A stretch of 64,000 nucleotides of DNA, taken from a bacterium (lineage in GTDB: Bacteria > Patescibacteriota > Minisyncoccia > Moranbacterales > UBA2206). The translations under genes were made by a program, and so were the position numbers. Positions 1 to 9,091 of the stretch are shown one piece after another. The notes under the pieces are model-generated. The model was not told the origin of the DNA, made no database searches, and worked only from the letters and a program-made list of their open reading frames with translations. The stretch is from NCBI GenBank assembly GCA_030654225.1, contig JAURXY010000003.1:16056-80055 (forward strand), read 5' to 3'. Every line of letters starts with the position of its first letter. Position 1 is the first letter of the stretch.

Positions 1-121
1 ACAATATGTGAAACTTTCCGACACAATAAAAGGCTTCAAAATGATTCTGGATGGACAAATGGATGAAGTGGCGGAACAAGACTTCTATATGAAGGGCAGT
101 ATAACTGAAGTTAAAAAATAA
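1..121 (+). CDS. atpD: F0F1 ATP synthase beta subunit, C-terminal fragment (5' end outside window)
   Basis: Frame ending TAA at 119-121 translates ...[32 protein letters not shown], matching the conserved AtpD C-terminus (..GFKeIleGk.D.lpEqaFYMvGsI.E). atpC follows immediately. Confidence 0.6.
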   Translation, partial: QYVKLSDTIKGFKMILDGQMDEVAEQDFYMKGSITEVKK

Positions 122-135
122 ATTTTTAACTTCAG

Positions 136-163
136 AATTTCTAATTTCTAATTTCTAATTTCT
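136..163. repeat. Tandem heptamer repeat (AATTTCT)x4 in the atpD-atpC spacer
   Basis: Four perfect head-to-tail copies of aatttct read directly from the sequence, immediately before the atpC ATG at 165. Confidence 0.9.
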
Positions 164-164
164 A

Positions 165-605
165 ATGGAGAATTTAAAAATAAAATTCAAAATAGTCACT
201 CCTGAAAAAACTGTTTTCGAAGATGTTGTTGATCAGGCGACTTTGCCGACCACGGATGGGGAAATAACAATCCTGCCAAATCATCGTAGTTATATTTCCA
301 GTTTGAAAGCGGGAGAATTGATGCTTCGAAAAGGCGAGGAAGAAATTTTGCTTTCTATTTCTGGTGGATTTATTGAATTTCACGGCAATGAATTGATTAT
401 TTTGGCCGACACAGCTGAACGAGCGGAAGAAATTGATTTAGTTCGCGCCAAAGAAGGCCGAAAGAAAGCCGAAGAGCTGAAAAACCAAGTTGTTTCAATG
501 GATGAAAATGAATATGCTCGCGTAGCGGCCGCCATCCAAAAAGAATCCGCTCGAATTCGTGTGGCCAGAAAACATCACACAAGAAGAAGTATAAAAACAG
601 ACTAA
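165..605 (+). CDS. atpC: F0F1 ATP synthase epsilon subunit
   Basis: 146 aa. N-terminal beta-sandwich region (KIVTPEKTVFEDVVDQATLPTTDGEITILPNH) and C-terminal helical hairpin typical of AtpC. Directly follows the atpD 3' end. Confidence 0.85.
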   Translation: MENLKIKFKIVTPEKTVFEDVVDQATLPTTDGEITILPNHRSYISSLKAGELMLRKGEEEILLSISGGFIEFHGNELIILADTAERAEEIDLVRAKEGRKKAEELKNQVVSMDENEYARVAAAIQKESARIRVARKHHTRRSIKTD

Positions 606-616
606 TTTTTTATATT

Positions 617-1639
617 ATGAAAAGCAAAATAAATTTACTAATCGAACTTAACAAGAAACATTCCGAATTATTTTGCAGTCAAAAACTGGAGCGTGATTTA
701 TATAGAGCAAAACACCCAACCAATGTAGTGGCTTTTAAATGTATGGATGGACGCATCCATCTTCCGGTTATCACGCAAACTCCATTGGGAATCATCAGTC
801 CTTTTCGCAATATGGGTGGCAGATTTGATTTAGGTTGGCCACTTCTCAATGTTTCTTTTGATGAATCTGTAACTCAGGCGGTTAAAAAAGGATCGCGAAC
901 ATTAGTCCTGGTAACCTATCATTTTTCCAAAGGAGATGTTCACAGAGGCTGTGCCGGTTTCAATTATGATTGTGAAGAATCAAAGAGATCTACAGCAAAT
1001 TTCAGAGATCAGATAAGAAGAATTTATGGGGTGGAAAATCAAGTTGTCTTTCCGGTTTTGATTGGAATTGAAACTGACAAAGATGCTCTGATTTTGCATG
1101 GAGATAATGGAGAGGTTGTTGATGTAAGCACACTAAAAAAGTCAGACGAAGAAAGTTTGCTAACAATTATTCATAGGCTTTTTCCCAATATGCCGGAACG
1201 AATTGTTTTGGATTTCTTGCCAATTATTGCAGGAAATCTAAATCAAATCGGAGAAACAAAAAAACAAAAAATGGAAGCTCAGTTGGCTCATGGTGAATGG
1301 GTTTTGGCAGTGGGAAAAGGTTTTGATTGGCTTCACACTCCGAATATGGCGATGATTGTCGGGCCGTATGATCCTAATATTGGTGAGCCAATTAAGACCG
1401 CGGCGGGTATTATCAAATCCAATTGGGAATCAGGCAGGATTGAAAAAGGGATTGTTATTTTAGCCTCGGCTCTTTATAGTGATGCAGCTGATCGAGCAAG
1501 AACGCAAGAACGAGCGATTTTTATGAAAAAGCTATCGGAAGATATTATGGCTAAAAATTATCCGGAAATGATGAAATATATGAATTCAATAGCGGTGGTG
1601 GTAAACTCAAATACTATGAAAATGGAAGTGATTGAATAA
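617..1639 (+). CDS. Beta-class carbonic anhydrase-like protein (divergent, extended)
   Basis: 340 aa. CMDGR (beta-CA CxDxR zinc motif) then FRNMGGRF (like beta-CA FvxRNxGN), then about 58 residues later HRGC (HxxC zinc motif). Family assignment rests on motifs only. Confidence 0.4.
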   Translation: MKSKINLLIELNKKHSELFCSQKLERDLYRAKHPTNVVAFKCMDGRIHLPVITQTPLGIISPFRNMGGRFDLGWPLLNVSFDESVTQAVKKGSRTLVLVTYHFSKGDVHRGCAGFNYDCEESKRSTANFRDQIRRIYGVENQVVFPVLIGIETDKDALILHGDNGEVVDVSTLKKSDEESLLTIIHRLFPNMPERIVLDFLPIIAGNLNQIGETKKQKMEAQLAHGEWVLAVGKGFDWLHTPNMAMIVGPYDPNIGEPIKTAAGIIKSNWESGRIEKGIVILASALYSDAADRARTQERAIFMKKLSEDIMAKNYPEMMKYMNSIAVVVNSNTMKMEVIE

Positions 1640-1654
1640 TGCAGGTGCGCTCGG

Positions 1655-1685
1655 TTGACAATTTTTTTTAGGGGAGTAATATAAT
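1655..1685 (+). promoter_or_regulatory. Sigma70-like promoter candidate (TTGACA-N17-19-TATAAT) upstream of the NuoB-like operon
   Basis: TTGACA at 1655-1660 followed by aatata/tataat at 1678-1685, in the 120-bp gap before the 1763 CDS. Confidence 0.3.
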
Positions 1686-1762
1686 AGGTGTTTGAGATAA
1701 AATAACTTGGTATATTTTAATTTCGGGTAATTCCGCTTTTTTATTTGTTTTAATTTTCTATT

Positions 1763-2305
1763 ATGAAAGCTTTCAGATTAATAAATATTTTATTGTTTAG
1801 CAAGAAAGTTACTGAGAAAAAGAAAGCTTTTTTTTCGTCCGATAAAGACAAATCTTTTGAAAAAGCAGGGCGGGAGATAAAAGAAATTATTGGGAATCTG
1901 TATGGCGGAAGATCGTTGCGCATTAGAGCGGTGGATGCTGGTTCGACTAATGCCGAAGAAATAGAGCTGACTGCTCTTGGCAACGCCTATTATGATATTG
2001 ACCGATTTGGTTTGAGCTTTGTGGCTTCTCCGCGTCACGCCGATATGTTATTTGTGAGTGGTCCAGTGACGAGAAATCTTGAGAAAGCTTTGCTTACTAC
2101 CTATGAGGCTATGCCAAAGCCTTGCATCGTGGTGGCAATTGGAGACGGTGCTTGTACGGGTGGAATTTGGAAAGATTCTTATGCAGTGGTGGGTCCAGTA
2201 GAAAATGTGATCCCAGTACATTTGAAAATTCCTGGGGATCCGCCTTCGCCAACCGAGATGCTTGTTGGAATACTTCATGCGTTAAAGAATGGAAGCGTCA
2301 ACTAA
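1763..2305 (+). CDS. NuoB/hydrogenase-small-subunit-like protein lacking the N2 Fe-S ligand cysteines
   Basis: DIDRFGL..SPRHADMLFVSGPVTRNLEKAL...PKPCIVVAIGDGACTGGIW...VIPVHLKIPGDPPSP aligns to the NuoB/Ech small-subunit core. The CCxxE motif is replaced by AGSTNAEE and PGCPP by PGDPP. The true start may lie downstream of 1763. Confidence 0.7.
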   Translation: MKAFRLINILLFSKKVTEKKKAFFSSDKDKSFEKAGREIKEIIGNLYGGRSLRIRAVDAGSTNAEEIELTALGNAYYDIDRFGLSFVASPRHADMLFVSGPVTRNLEKALLTTYEAMPKPCIVVAIGDGACTGGIWKDSYAVVGPVENVIPVHLKIPGDPPSPTEMLVGILHALKNGSVN

Positions 2306-4301
2306 ATATATGCTAGAAAATTATATCATTTTTGGAATAGAAATTTATTTTGCCGGTTTGATTTTATCGGCGTTGTTAGCTTTTTTGAATAAATCTTTTA
2401 AGAGCGGAACAAAATTATTTATTTTTTCCAATGGAATTGGTTTTTTGTCAATAATTTTTTATTTTTTATTTTTTTCAAAAGAAACTCTTGTTCTCGCTCA
2501 ATTTAATTGGTTTTTTGAATTTACTCCAAGATTGAATTTTCTTTCCGCGCTTTTCTTTGCAATTATAAGTGGCGTTTCTTGCTTGGTGGGAATTTATAGT
2601 TTGCGATATTTGGAACTTTATAAAAATGATTATAGTCCTCATACAGTTCAATGTTTAATGTCCGGATTTGTTTTAGGAATGCAAGGTGTTCTTTTGTCGA
2701 ATAATGCCTTTGTTTTCTTGCTTTTTTGGGAAGTGATGTCGATCGCTTCATTTTTCTTGGTTTTTTCCGATAAAAAAGAGGAATCAATCAAAGCGGCCTT
2801 CACATACTTCATCATGACTCATTTAGGCGCTTCAGCAATTTTGGGTGGCTTTTTGATTCTAGGTCAAGGCACACTTATTTTTAATTTGGATAATATAACC
2901 ATTGCTTCTCAAAACTTATCGCCGAATTTTTCAAATTTGGCTTTCTTGCTTTTTGTTTTTGGCTTTGGTTCTAAAGCAGGATTGGTGCCTTTCCATGTGT
3001 GGCTTCCCGAAGCTCATCCTCAAGCTCCGAGTAATATTTCAGCGATGATGAGCGGACTGATGCTGAAAGTATCGGTCTATGGATTTATTATGATTATTTT
3101 GAATTTTGTCAATATTCCTGGTTGGGCGGGACTTATTGTTTTATTCCTAGGAATTTTGTCGGGGATGGTAGGGGTTTTATATGCAGTAGTAGAAAGAGAT
3201 ATGAAAAAAGCATTTGCTTATAGCAGTATAGAAAATATGGGCATTATTTTTACAATGCTCGGGCTAGCGATTTATTTATTATCTTTTGGTAACTATCAAA
3301 TAGTGGCTTATTCCATAATCGCTTTTGCTATTTTCCACGCGCTGAATCATGCCCTGTTTAAATCAGCGCTTTTTCTTTCCAGTGGAATAATAATAAACCG
3401 AGTGCATACTAAAAGTTTGGAAATGATGGGTGGGATTGCCAAGTTGATGCCGATTTTCAGCTTGGCTTTTCTTCTCGCTATTTTGGGATCTTTACCGTTG
3501 CCATTATTTGGAACTTTTTATGGAGAATGGGGTCTTATTCGAAACAGCTTAACCTTAATGGGGGAATCAAGTGTTAGCTCGAATACGGTTATTCTATTAC
3601 TAGCTGTTATTTCTTTTGTGGCGATGATCAGCGGGCTGGCGATTTTTGCGATGGTAAAAATTTTTGGTATTTCAATGTTAGGATTACCACATAACCCTCA
3701 TATGGAAAAAAGAAATGAGCGTGCCGATTTTCTTTTGATTGTGCCGGTGCTTTTTTTGGCCGGTGGAGTGATTGTTTTTGGTTTTTTGGCAAAATTTATT
3801 ATTTTTCATATAACAAATTATTTGCAAACAGTTAATTTTTATTCTGCTCATACAATAACTTCTCCGATGGATATTTCTTCATTCTGGATAAGTGGCGCGA
3901 TTATTTTTACTGGCTTGGTAGTATATATTTTCCAAAAAATATTATTAAAAAATAAAAAGGAGCGAAGTTATCACACTTGGGACTGTGGTCAACCAATTGA
4001 TGCAACAATGCAATATAGCGCCACCGCTTTTTCTGCTCCGATAAGATTTTTCTTTCTTTCCTTTATCGGTAGAAAAAAATCAATGCAGTCAACTCCTATA
4101 GTAGAAACAAATCCTTGGATCAGAAAATATAACTTTGAGCTGTCTATTCGTTCGACTTGGAATGATGCGCTGTATGCTCCGATTGCGAAAAGTTTGCATT
4201 TTATGGCTGAGAAAATACGCTTTATTCAAAATGGTCGCATCCAATATTATATTTTGTTTCTCCTCGGCGCTCTAATTATCACTTTAATTTTTGCTTTATG
4301 A
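2289..4301 (+). CDS. NuoL/MrpA/HyfB-like antiporter-type membrane subunit
   Basis: 670 aa polytopic protein with the family signature HVWLPEAHPQAPSNISAMMSGLMLKVSVYG. Overlaps the previous and next genes (operon). Confidence 0.75.
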   Translation: MEASTKYMLENYIIFGIEIYFAGLILSALLAFLNKSFKSGTKLFIFSNGIGFLSIIFYFLFFSKETLVLAQFNWFFEFTPRLNFLSALFFAIISGVSCLVGIYSLRYLELYKNDYSPHTVQCLMSGFVLGMQGVLLSNNAFVFLLFWEVMSIASFFLVFSDKKEESIKAAFTYFIMTHLGASAILGGFLILGQGTLIFNLDNITIASQNLSPNFSNLAFLLFVFGFGSKAGLVPFHVWLPEAHPQAPSNISAMMSGLMLKVSVYGFIMIILNFVNIPGWAGLIVLFLGILSGMVGVLYAVVERDMKKAFAYSSIENMGIIFTMLGLAIYLLSFGNYQIVAYSIIAFAIFHALNHALFKSALFLSSGIIINRVHTKSLEMMGGIAKLMPIFSLAFLLAILGSLPLPLFGTFYGEWGLIRNSLTLMGESSVSSNTVILLLAVISFVAMISGLAIFAMVKIFGISMLGLPHNPHMEKRNERADFLLIVPVLFLAGGVIVFGFLAKFIIFHITNYLQTVNFYSAHTITSPMDISSFWISGAIIFTGLVVYIFQKILLKNKKERSYHTWDCGQPIDATMQYSATAFSAPIRFFFLSFIGRKKSMQSTPIVETNPWIRKYNFELSIRSTWNDALYAPIAKSLHFMAEKIRFIQNGRIQYYILFLLGALIITLIFAL

Positions 4302-5893
4302 GCCAAATAATAATCATATTAATCCAAGTCATTTTTATTTTAGCCGTAGCTCCGCTTGCTTCAGGCTTGGTGCGTTTTTTTAAGGCGCGTCTTCAAGGTA
4401 GAGATGGAGCTTCGCCTTTTTTACCGTACGTTACTTTGGCTACATTATTGCGCAAAGAAATGGTTATATCAGAGACTACCTCTTGGATTTTTAGGATAGT
4501 GCCTTTTGTAGTTTTTGGAAGCGTTCTTTTTCTGTCCGCTTTTATGCCACTTATTTTCAGAGGAATGAGCGTGCCTTTTTTTAGTGATTTTTTGGTTATT
4601 GCTGGAGTATTGGTGATCGGTTCAATTTTTTTAGTGTTGGGAGGCTTGGATGCCGGTAGTGCTTTTGGAGGAATGGGATCTAGTCGGGAAATGACAATTT
4701 CTGCTCTCATCGAACCGGTTATGATTTTAGTTTTTTCCGCCGTTAGTTTTTCAACTAAGGAATTTACAATTGATGGAATGTTGTCTAGCCAGACATTATT
4801 CCAACCATATTTAATATTGACCATAGTAGCTTTGATATTAGTGGCATTAGCAGAAAATGCTCGTTATCCGGTGGATAATCCCGCTACTCATCTTGAGCTC
4901 ACGATGGTGCATGAAGCGATGCTTTTGGAATATTCCGGAAAATATTTAGCCATACTCGAATATGCTTCTGCTATAAAGTTAGTTATTTTTTCTTTACTTA
5001 TCTCAAATTTTGTTTTTCCTTCCTTGCTTGTGGGAGCAGTTTCATGGAGCATAGGTTCTCTGATGACTATTTTATTTTTTAGTCTAATAAAAATCATCAT
5101 AGCTATGTTAGCACTGGCCTTTATTGAATCCGTTCTGGTTAAGATGCGATTTTACAGAATGTCAGAATATTTTTCCGTAGCTTTTGTGGTGGCTTTTCTT
5201 GGCATGGGCGCAACACTTATGTCCAAATTTACTAATATGGTTATAGAATATCATACTATGTTTTCGCTTTTTACGGTGGTGTGTATCGTGATTCTTTTTG
5301 GTCGAGTGCGTTTGAAAGCGATTTTGCGTTACTATGCCTTTTCTTCTTTAGCCATTGCCGGAATTGCTTGGGGACTAATTCCTTTAGTTTCCGAAACGGA
5401 AAAAATTCATCTATGGTTATTTGCAATTTTCACAATTATTACCAAGGCAATAGCAGTGCCGTATGTCATTAACCGTTCCAGCCATGTCAAAAAAAGTTTG
5501 ACAAACCTACCTTCATTTTTGCGTCCGGGAAAGAGCTATTTTTTAGCAGTTATTCTTTTGGTTATAACCTATTTTACTTTGGAAAATGTTTCTATTATAG
5601 GGCTGGCTAAATGGAGTTCATTGCTCTATTGCGCCGTCACTTTGATTGTTTTAGGCATAGCAATGATGATTATCAAGCGAAATATTTTTTCTCAGATTAT
5701 CGGTCTTCTGGTGATTGAAAATGGTATTGCAGTTTTTGTTTTGGCTACTGTTGGATCTCTTCCAATTACGATTGAATTTGGCATTTTTGCAGTAACTGTT
5801 GCTACGGCATATATTTTGGCTATATTAAGTGGGCAAATTAGTGATTTATATGGAAGCACCGACACGGAAGATTTACGAGAACTAGCTGAATAA
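4298..5893 (+). CDS. NuoH/HycD-like membrane subunit with C-terminal extension (possible NuoK/HyfE-like fusion)
   Basis: N-terminus RFFKARLQGRDGASPFLPYVTLATLLRKE and RYPVDNPATHLELTMVHEAMLLEYSGKYLAILEYA match the NuoH/HycD signature (E.EL..G...EYsG). It is about 200 aa longer than NuoH. ATGA overlap with the upstream gene. Confidence 0.6.
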   Translation: MSQIIIILIQVIFILAVAPLASGLVRFFKARLQGRDGASPFLPYVTLATLLRKEMVISETTSWIFRIVPFVVFGSVLFLSAFMPLIFRGMSVPFFSDFLVIAGVLVIGSIFLVLGGLDAGSAFGGMGSSREMTISALIEPVMILVFSAVSFSTKEFTIDGMLSSQTLFQPYLILTIVALILVALAENARYPVDNPATHLELTMVHEAMLLEYSGKYLAILEYASAIKLVIFSLLISNFVFPSLLVGAVSWSIGSLMTILFFSLIKIIIAMLALAFIESVLVKMRFYRMSEYFSVAFVVAFLGMGATLMSKFTNMVIEYHTMFSLFTVVCIVILFGRVRLKAILRYYAFSSLAIAGIAWGLIPLVSETEKIHLWLFAIFTIITKAIAVPYVINRSSHVKKSLTNLPSFLRPGKSYFLAVILLVITYFTLENVSIIGLAKWSSLLYCAVTLIVLGIAMMIIKRNIFSQIIGLLVIENGIAVFVLATVGSLPITIEFGIFAVTVATAYILAILSGQISDLYGSTDTEDLRELAE

Positions 5894-5917
5894 TTTATTT
5901 TTAAGTCTTAAATTTTT

Positions 5918-7399
5918 ATGAATCCAAATATTCTAATCATTCCATTTATACTAGCTTTCATTTTTTCGGTTGTTGCAAAAAATGAAAAAGTAGCGCGACT
6001 AAGCAATCTAGTATTTTCTTTGATTGGAGGATCGGCTTTGATTTTTTATGCAACGTCTTTTCTTATTTTCTCTCAAAATAAATTAATAAGTTCATGGTGG
6101 AGAATGGATGATTTTTCTGCTTTAATGGTAATTCTTATTGCAATTATTTATATCTTTTGCGTGATAATTAGTTTTCGCTATATCGGACATGAGTATGAGG
6201 AAAAAATTATCACCCTGTATCAGTATAAGTTATATTTTGCATTGTTTCAGCTATTTGCATTGTGTATGATTCTGGTTATTTTCACTAATAATTCGTTATT
6301 GCTTTGGTTGGCGCTGGAAGGAACAACTCTTTTCTCCACTTTTTTAGTTGGATTGTATCGTAAAAAAACCAGCATAGAAGCCGCTTGGAAATATATGATT
6401 CTTTGCTCGACTGGCATTAGTTTGGGTTTGGTGGGGATTTTGCTTTTGAGCTATGGCGCTCATGTCGGCGGAGTGGCGGAAGGTAATATTTTTTTATTAA
6501 ATCATCTGGCTGATAATGCCCAACTTATTCCAAAAAATATCATAAAATTAGCTTTCATATTTTTATTCATTGGCTTTGGAACAAAAGTTGGTTTGGCGCC
6601 AATGCATACTTGGCTTCCGGATGCTCACAGCAAGGCGCCATCTCCTATCTCGGCTATTTTTTCAGCAGTTCTTTTGAATGTTGCGCTCTATGCCATCCTA
6701 CGTTTTAAATTTATTACTGATAGTGCTTTTATGGATGCATCTTGGACGAATAATTTATTTTTGATTTTCGGTTTTTGCTCGGTGATTTTAGCGGCATTTA
6801 TGATGCTTATTCAAACAAACTATAAAAGGATGCTGGCCTATTCCAGTATCGAGCATATGGGAATAATTCTTTTTTCTCTGGGGCTTTCTCCGATTGGTGC
6901 GGTGGCTGGCGTGATGCATATGATTGGACACACCTTTGCCAAGTCGGCTTTGTTTTTTGGAGCAGGTGAAATTTTGATTCGATGGAAAACGACAAAAATT
7001 TCCAAGATAAAAAATATGTTCAAATATGCAAGATATACTAGCATTCTTTTTATCCTAGGAATCGTGGCAATTATTGCTATTCCGCCTTCAGCTTTGTTTG
7101 TGAGTGAATATGGTATGTTTGCTCAAGCAATTATTTTCCATCCGGTGGCGTCCCTCTTTTTGTTTATTGCTTTGAGTATTATTGCCTATGCTATGCTGTC
7201 TATTTCGATCAGAATGATTTTTGACACTGAAGAAGAAGTTTCAGAAAATAAGCTGGGAAAAGAAAAATGGAACATCACGCATACGATAATTGTTTTGGAA
7301 ATTTGCGTGTTGATATTTTTAGCCTTTTGGTTTACAACTGGAAACGCAATGGAGATAACTAATAATATAGTAAAAGATTTTTTATTTATTAAACAGTAG
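5918..7399 (+). CDS. NuoM/NuoN/MrpD-like antiporter-type membrane subunit
   Basis: 493 aa membrane protein carrying HTWLPDAHSKAPSPISAIFSAVLLNVALYAILRF, the Mrp/NuoLMN family motif. Confidence 0.75.
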   Translation: MNPNILIIPFILAFIFSVVAKNEKVARLSNLVFSLIGGSALIFYATSFLIFSQNKLISSWWRMDDFSALMVILIAIIYIFCVIISFRYIGHEYEEKIITLYQYKLYFALFQLFALCMILVIFTNNSLLLWLALEGTTLFSTFLVGLYRKKTSIEAAWKYMILCSTGISLGLVGILLLSYGAHVGGVAEGNIFLLNHLADNAQLIPKNIIKLAFIFLFIGFGTKVGLAPMHTWLPDAHSKAPSPISAIFSAVLLNVALYAILRFKFITDSAFMDASWTNNLFLIFGFCSVILAAFMMLIQTNYKRMLAYSSIEHMGIILFSLGLSPIGAVAGVMHMIGHTFAKSALFFGAGEILIRWKTTKISKIKNMFKYARYTSILFILGIVAIIAIPPSALFVSEYGMFAQAIIFHPVASLFLFIALSIIAYAMLSISIRMIFDTEEEVSENKLGKEKWNITHTIIVLEICVLIFLAFWFTTGNAMEITNNIVKDFLFIKQ

Positions 7400-7408
7400 T
7401 TTTATTTT

Positions 7409-8971
7409 ATGAATATTCAAGAAATTATTAAAACTTTTGCAGGAAAAATAACAGATGTAGTCGAAAAGAATGATTTGATATGCGCCAAAGTATCTCGCGA
7501 TGATTTGGCTGATATTTCGACTAAATTATTTCAAGAGTATAAGCTACCGCTATCTCTTCTTTTCGGTACAGATAATCGCAAGAAAAATGGAAATTTTGAA
7601 GTGCATGTTATTTTTAGTTTAGATGACGAACATAAATGGTTGAAAATTTCCGCTGAAGTGCCTGAAAGTGATCTGCAATATCCTTCGTTAACAAAAACGA
7701 TTATGGTGGCGCATTGGTATGAAAGGTATTTACGAGACATGTTTGGCGTTGTTCCTGTTGGACATCCGGACTTGCGAAGATTAGTGCATCATGAAAATAT
7801 TCCAGAAAATACGCATCCTTTACGCAAAGATTTTCAGTGGAATACAAAATTATCCAAAGATAATGTGTCATATCCGATGCATCATGTGACTGGTGAAGGA
7901 ATATTTGAAATTCCGGTTGGACCAATTCATGCGGGTATCATTGAGCCGGGACATTTTCGTTTTAATGTGGCCGGAGAAAGAATTCTAACCCTAGAAGGAA
8001 AATTGTTTTTTACTCATAAAGGAGTGGAGAAATTATTAGAAGGAAAAAATATTGATGAAGCCTTGCCTTTCATTGAAAGAATCTCGGGAGATATGAGTGC
8101 TTCACATTCTTTGGCATATGTGCAGGCGGTGGAAAAAATCAGCGGTTGTGTTGTGTCAAAAAGAGTGCAAATGCTTCGAGCGATTATCACTGAATGTGAG
8201 AGAATCACGATGCATATTCATGATTTGGCCAATATTGGAGGAATGGGAACGGGCTTTAGTTTTATCGCTGCCAATGGATTTCGCATTAAAGAAAGAATGA
8301 TGCGCTTGTCAGCGGATATTTGTGGTAATCGCTTTTGGCGAGGAATGATTGTTCCGGGAGGAATAAAAAGTGATATTAAAAAAGAAAATTTAGAAAAAAT
8401 ATTAGAAATATCACAAGAAGCTTGGAACGAAATAAACAAAATTACTACCGTTGCTTTGGATGACGAAGGCTTTTTGGATCGCTTGCAATATACCGGCGAA
8501 CTTCCCAAAGAAGCAGCCGAGGCTTTTGGCGCAGTCGGTTTTCCGGCACGTGCTTCTGAAATTAATCGAGATGTGCGTCGAGATCATCCATATGCTTCAT
8601 ATGCAGACTTTCCAATCAAGGTTATTACTAAGAAAAGTACTGATGTTTTTGCCCGCTATCGAATAAGGATAAAAGAAATTGAGCAATCAATAATTTTGCT
8701 CAAAACTTTGGTGGAAAAAATAGAGGAAGGAAGTGTTTTTGAAAAATGCGAAGTGAAAGACGGTTTTGCGATTGGCGCTGTTGAATCTTGGAGAGGTGAA
8801 ATTGTTTGCGCTTTGCAAATTAAAAATGGCGTGATTGAAAGATGCTATCCGCGCGACCCGTCTTTTTGTAATTGGGCGCTTTTCGGTATTATGGGTCCTG
8901 GTAATATCGTTCCTGATTTTCCACTCATCAATAAGAGTTTGAATCTGTCGTATTCGGGGAATGATTTGTAA
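7409..8971 (+). CDS. NuoC-NuoD fusion-like / [NiFe]-hydrogenase large-subunit-like protein lacking Ni-Fe ligand cysteines
   Basis: N-terminal NuoC-like region (WYERYLRDMFGV...GHPDLRRLV) and NuoD/HycE-like region (GPIHAGIIEPGHFRF...). The N-terminal RxCGxC and C-terminal DPCxxC Ni-Fe motifs are absent (C-terminus reads RDPSFCNWALF). Confidence 0.75.
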   Translation: MNIQEIIKTFAGKITDVVEKNDLICAKVSRDDLADISTKLFQEYKLPLSLLFGTDNRKKNGNFEVHVIFSLDDEHKWLKISAEVPESDLQYPSLTKTIMVAHWYERYLRDMFGVVPVGHPDLRRLVHHENIPENTHPLRKDFQWNTKLSKDNVSYPMHHVTGEGIFEIPVGPIHAGIIEPGHFRFNVAGERILTLEGKLFFTHKGVEKLLEGKNIDEALPFIERISGDMSASHSLAYVQAVEKISGCVVSKRVQMLRAIITECERITMHIHDLANIGGMGTGFSFIAANGFRIKERMMRLSADICGNRFWRGMIVPGGIKSDIKKENLEKILEISQEAWNEINKITTVALDDEGFLDRLQYTGELPKEAAEAFGAVGFPARASEINRDVRRDHPYASYADFPIKVITKKSTDVFARYRIRIKEIEQSIILLKTLVEKIEEGSVFEKCEVKDGFAIGAVESWRGEIVCALQIKNGVIERCYPRDPSFCNWALFGIMGPGNIVPDFPLINKSLNLSYSGNDL

Positions 8972-8996
8972 TTTTAGTTGACAATCTGAGATTTAA

Positions 8997-9037
8997 AACA
9001 GCGTTTTCTGGTATTATTCGGAAAACGCTGTTTTTTC
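8997..9037 (+). terminator. Rho-independent terminator after the NuoCD-like gene
   Basis: Perfect 12-bp stem aacagcgttttc/gaaaacgctgtt with a 11-nt loop, followed by a T-run. Confidence 0.65.
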
Positions 9038-9091
9038 TTGAAATAAATGAAAAAATGAGATAGAATAGGAAAGTATTAATAAATCTATTTT

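Noticed and set aside
8978-8983. TTGACA hexamer right after the nuoCD-like stop codon
   Set aside because: No matching -10 lies at appropriate spacing, and it sits just before a terminator. It is probably fortuitous in AT-rich DNA.
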